A DNA stretch of 38,319 bases from Pseudomonadota bacterium (GTDB lineage Bacteria; Pseudomonadota; Alphaproteobacteria; CADEGL01): NCBI GenBank assembly GCA_027619995.1, contig JAQCGR010000002.1, forward strand, positions 1 to 38,319. The letters run 5' to 3'. The notes beneath the pieces were generated by a model, which saw only the letters and a program-made list of their open reading frames with translations, was not told where the DNA came from and did not search any database. The position numbers were made by a program, and so were the translations under genes. Within the stretch, counting starts at the first letter, position 1, and every line of letters begins with the position of its first letter. Positions 35,032 to 38,319 of the stretch are shown piece by piece.

Positions 35032-38000
35032 TCAGCTCTCCTCCTCCTCCCGCAAGGAAAGCAGCGACGCATTGCCGCCCTGGGCAGTCGTGTTGATGGA
35101 AATCACCCGTTCGATGGCAAAACGGTGCAGATAGCGCGGCCCGCCGGCCTTGGGACCGGTGCCGGACAGGCCCTCGCCGCCAAAGGGCTGAACCCCGACC
35201 ACGGCGCCGATCATGTTCCGGTTCACGTAGGCATTGCCGACATTCACACGTGAGCAGAGATACTCGACCGTCTCGTCGATCCGGCTATGGACACCGAAGG
35301 TCAGGCCATATCCAGTGCGGTTGATTGCATCGACCACCTCGTCCATCCGGTCGGCGCGAAAACGCACGACATGGAGGATCGGGCCGAAGACCTCGCGCTC
35401 CAGCCGGTCGATGGAATCGATCTCGAAGGCCGTGGGCGCAACGAAAGTGCCGTGTTCCGTCTCGGCGGTCATAGGCGCGCGATGGAGCAGCTTCGCCTCG
35501 CGGGTCATGCGCTCGACATGGGCCTCCAGCATGGCACGCGCATCGTCGTCGATCACCGGGCCGACATCCGTGCGCAACAGGCCCGGATCGCCGACGACCA
35601 ACTCGTCCATCGCACCCTTGAGCATGGTGATGACCCGGTCGGCCACGTCCTGCTGGACGAACATCACGCGCAGGGCCGAACAACGCTGTCCCGCGCTCTG
35701 GAATGACGACACCACGGCATCCTGCACGACCTGTTCCGGCAGGGCCGAGGAATCGACGATCATCGCGTTCTGGCCGCCGGTTTCGGCGATCAGCGGGATG
35801 ATCGGCCCGTCTCGCCCGGCGAGGGTGCGGTTGATCAAGCGTGCCGTCTCGGTCGAGCCGGTGAAGGCGACGCCGGCGATGCGCGGATCGGCGACCAGCT
35901 TCGCGCCGACCGTCTCGCCCCGCCCGGGCAGAAGCTGGACGACGTCTTTCGGCACCCCGGCCTCGTGCAACAGCTGAACCGCCCGATGGGCGATCAGCGG
36001 GGTCTGCTCCGCCGGTTTCGAGATGACCGCGTTGCCCGCCGCGAGCGCCGCCGTGATCTGACCGCAATAGATGGCGAGCGGGAAATTCCACGGGCTGATG
36101 CAGACGAAAACGCCACGGCCATGCAGGGCGATCTGGTTATGCTCACCGGTCGGCCCGGGAAGGACCTCGGGCTCGGCGAAATCGGCCCGGGCGCGCAAGG
36201 CGTAGTAACGGCAGAAATCAACCGCTTCGCGCACCTCGGCGATGCCGTCGCGAACGGACTTGCCCGCCTCGCGCGTGCACATCGCCATCAGTTCGGCCGT
36301 ATGGGCTTCCATCAGATCGGCCATACGCTCCAGGCAGGCCGCCCGCTCCTCCGCCGGGGTGGCGTCCCAGCGCGGCGCGGCGGCGACCGCCGCGGTCAGC
36401 GCGGCATCGACATCCGCCTCCGTCGCCTCGCGCACGGTGCCGATCGCCCGCCGCCGGTCCGATGGATCGAACACCGTTTCACCGCCCTTGCCGGCAGTGC
36501 TACCGGCGATCAGAGGCGCCGCGCTCCAGGTCGCTTTCGTCGCCTTCTCCATGCCTTCCCCCAGGGGGAGGAGTTGTGCCGGGTCGGACAGATCGATGCC
36601 CTTGGCGTTCTTGCGCGCCACCCCGAACATGTCGGTCGGCAATGGAATGCGCGGATGGGGCTTTGACGCCAGGGCGCGCGAGGTCTCGACCGGGTCCTCG
36701 AGCAGCGCATCGAGCGGCATGTTGTCATCGACGATGCGGTTGACAAAGGAGGTGTTCGCGCCGTTTTCGAGCAGGCGACGCACCAGATAGGGCAGCAGAT
36801 CCTCATGGCTGCCCGTCGGCGCGTAGATGCGGCACGGCACCCCGTCGGCGCCCGGCGAAACGACCTGGTCGTAGAGCGATTCGCCCATGCCATGCAGGCG
36901 CTGGAACTCGAAGGCGCGGCTGTTGCCCGCGATCTCCTGGATAGTGGCCAGCGTCACGGCGTTGTGAGTCGCGAACTGGGGATAGATCGCCTCCGGCGCC
37001 GCGAACATGCACTTGGCGCAGGCGACATAGGACACGTCGGTCGAGGCCTTGCGGGTGAAGACCGGATAGCCATCGAGCCCCTCAAGCTGGGCCAGCTTGA
37101 TCTCCGTGTCCCAATAGGCGCCCTTGACCAGGCGCACGTTGAGGCGCCGGCCGTGGCGGCGGCCCATATCGGCGACCCAGTCAATCAGCGCGGTGCAGCG
37201 CTTCTGATAGGCCTGCACGGCGAGGCCGAGCCCGTCCCAGTCCTTGAGCGAGGGATCGGATGAGGCACGGTCCAGAATATCGAGGGACATCTCCAGCCGG
37301 TTGGCCTCTTCCGCGTCCACGGTCAGGCCGATGCCGACCTCCTTGGCGCGGCGGCTCAGCGCCGTCAGGCGATCCGCCAACTCGGGCACACAGATAGCCT
37401 TCTGGGCGAACTCGTAACGGGGATGCAGCGCGGACAGCTTGACCGAGATACTCGCGCGGGCATGGACGTCGCCGGGGCCGGCGCTGGCGCCGATCCGGCC
37501 AATCGCCTTCTCATAGGCCTCGAAATAGCGTTGGGCATCGGCCGCCGTATGGGCCCCCTCCCCCAGCATGTCGAAGGAATGGCGATAGCCCTTGGCAATA
37601 TCCGCCTTGGCGCGATCCAAAGCCTCGTCGATGGTCCGACCCATCACGAACTGGCGGCCCAGAATGCGCATCGCCTTGCGCACCGCTTGGCGGATCACCG
37701 GCTCGCCGCTCTGCGCGACCAGACGGCGCAGCACCTTGCCGACGCTCTGGCCTTCGTAGTCGTTGAGGCGGATCACCCGGCCGGTCAGCATCAGGGCCCA
37801 GGTCGAGGCGTTGACGAAAATCGATTCGCTGCGCCCCAGATGGCTTTCCCAATCGGCCGCCATGATCTTGTCGCGGATCAGGCGGTCGGCCGTCTCGGCG
37901 TCCGGAATGCGCAGCAGCGCCTCGGCCAGGCACATCAGAACGACGCCTTCCTGGGTCGATAGCTGATACTCGCTCATAAAGGATTCGATGCCGCCTTCCT

Positions 38001-38205
38001 TCGGGCGGTTCCGGCGCAGAACCTCGGTCAGCGCCCGCGCCTTGGCCAGGACTCGCCCGCGCGCCTCGGCGTCGAGCGATGCCATCTCCACCAGGTCGGT
38101 CACGACACGGTTTTCGTCCGCCCTATACAATCGGGTCAACGCCGCGCTGAGCGGTCCCTCATCCTTGGGCGGCGTGTCGAACATCATCGGCGGCGGGTTC
38201 TGCAC
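35032..38205 (-). CDS. putA: bifunctional proline dehydrogenase / L-glutamate-gamma-semialdehyde dehydrogenase
   Basis: 1057-codon ORF with an N-terminal PRODH barrel region and a C-terminal ALDH domain (FTGSTETARLI, ETGGQNAMIVD, catalytic-Cys segment SAGQRCSALRV). GTG start 38203-38205, 11 nt after AGGAG; alternative ATGs at 38187/38184. No ribbon-helix-helix N-terminal domain is apparent. Confidence 0.92.
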   Translation of the reverse strand: MQNPPPMMFDTPPKDEGPLSAALTRLYRADENRVVTDLVEMASLDAEARGRVLAKARALTEVLRRNRPKEGGIESFMSEYQLSTQEGVVLMCLAEALLRIPDAETADRLIRDKIMAADWESHLGRSESIFVNASTWALMLTGRVIRLNDYEGQSVGKVLRRLVAQSGEPVIRQAVRKAMRILGRQFVMGRTIDEALDRAKADIAKGYRHSFDMLGEGAHTAADAQRYFEAYEKAIGRIGASAGPGDVHARASISVKLSALHPRYEFAQKAICVPELADRLTALSRRAKEVGIGLTVDAEEANRLEMSLDILDRASSDPSLKDWDGLGLAVQAYQKRCTALIDWVADMGRRHGRRLNVRLVKGAYWDTEIKLAQLEGLDGYPVFTRKASTDVSYVACAKCMFAAPEAIYPQFATHNAVTLATIQEIAGNSRAFEFQRLHGMGESLYDQVVSPGADGVPCRIYAPTGSHEDLLPYLVRRLLENGANTSFVNRIVDDNMPLDALLEDPVETSRALASKPHPRIPLPTDMFGVARKNAKGIDLSDPAQLLPLGEGMEKATKATWSAAPLIAGSTAGKGGETVFDPSDRRRAIGTVREATEADVDAALTAAVAAAPRWDATPAEERAACLERMADLMEAHTAELMAMCTREAGKSVRDGIAEVREAVDFCRYYALRARADFAEPEVLPGPTGEHNQIALHGRGVFVCISPWNFPLAIYCGQITAALAAGNAVISKPAEQTPLIAHRAVQLLHEAGVPKDVVQLLPGRGETVGAKLVADPRIAGVAFTGSTETARLINRTLAGRDGPIIPLIAETGGQNAMIVDSSALPEQVVQDAVVSSFQSAGQRCSALRVMFVQQDVADRVITMLKGAMDELVVGDPGLLRTDVGPVIDDDARAMLEAHVERMTREAKLLHRAPMTAETEHGTFVAPTAFEIDSIDRLEREVFGPILHVVRFRADRMDEVVDAINRTGYGLTFGVHSRIDETVEYLCSRVNVGNAYVNRNMIGAVVGVQPFGGEGLSGTGPKAGGPRYLHRFAIERVISINTTAQGGNASLLSLREEEES

Positions 38206-38269
38206 CTGGTCTCACTCCTGAAGATCACTGAATAGCCTGACGGGCCCGCACTCTAGTGGATTGATCGGA

Positions 38270-38301
38270 ACAAAAGAATCCGATTTGGGATTCCGTTTTG
38301 T
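38270..38301. promoter_or_regulatory. imperfect palindrome ACAAAAGAATCC-N6-GGATTC(CG)TTTTGT upstream of putA
   Basis: GAATCC (38276-38281) and GGATTC (38288-38293) are perfect 6-bp arms, extended by ACAAAA/TTTTGT with a 2-nt bulge. It lies 65-96 nt upstream of the putA start, in an AT-richer region. Confidence 0.3.
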
Positions 38302-38319
38302 CTGTTGGCATGTGAGCCT

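Noticed and set aside
33122-35134. 670-aa plus-strand ORF
   Set aside because: It is antisense to the TPR/GT9-like gene and the 3' end of putA. Its composition (R/G/A/P-rich) and lack of motifs indicate a GC-driven artefact.

Overview
High-GC, densely coding chromosomal segment whose gene content looks alphaproteobacterial. All family assignments come from reading the translated ORFs and recalling motifs; no search was run. I saw no rRNA, tRNA, CRISPR array, transposase or integrase.

Gene order, left to right:
- a phasin-like gene with a CTGC-N3-GCAG box upstream
- a SPOR-domain DD-carboxypeptidase
- a nucleotide-sugar operon (galU, ugd, phosphomannomutase)
- a membrane J-domain protein plus a cytoplasmic vWA protein
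- a four-gene exported iron-associated cluster (imelysin, di-haem DUF1111, imelysin-like, Tat-DUF1513), whose first gene is frameshifted inside a (GC)n run
- a roughly 690-codon cytoplasmic molybdopterin oxidoreductase interrupted by a single in-frame TGA
- DUF3179, a PLP decarboxylase and an SDR reductase
- a decayed acyl-CoA-synthetase relic and a DsbA-like isomerase
- a six-gene minus-strand operon divergent from a LysR gene, described below
- a glutamine-synthetase-like ligase
- a PCuAC copper chaperone plus a DUF2946-like protein, and an Fe-ADH
- an Fe3+ ABC binding protein and permease with no ATPase in cis
- a TPR/GT9-like protein and PutA

The LysR-linked operon is my top candidate for an uncharacterised pathway. 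It holds two tandem HpaB-like oxygenase + RidA modules around a DUF1028 Ntn-hydrolase and ends in an MFS transporter.

A 24-bp operator-like motif (19/24 identical) sits upstream of both iron-related operons.

Many long antisense or alternate-frame ORFs in the track are high-GC artefacts and were rejected.
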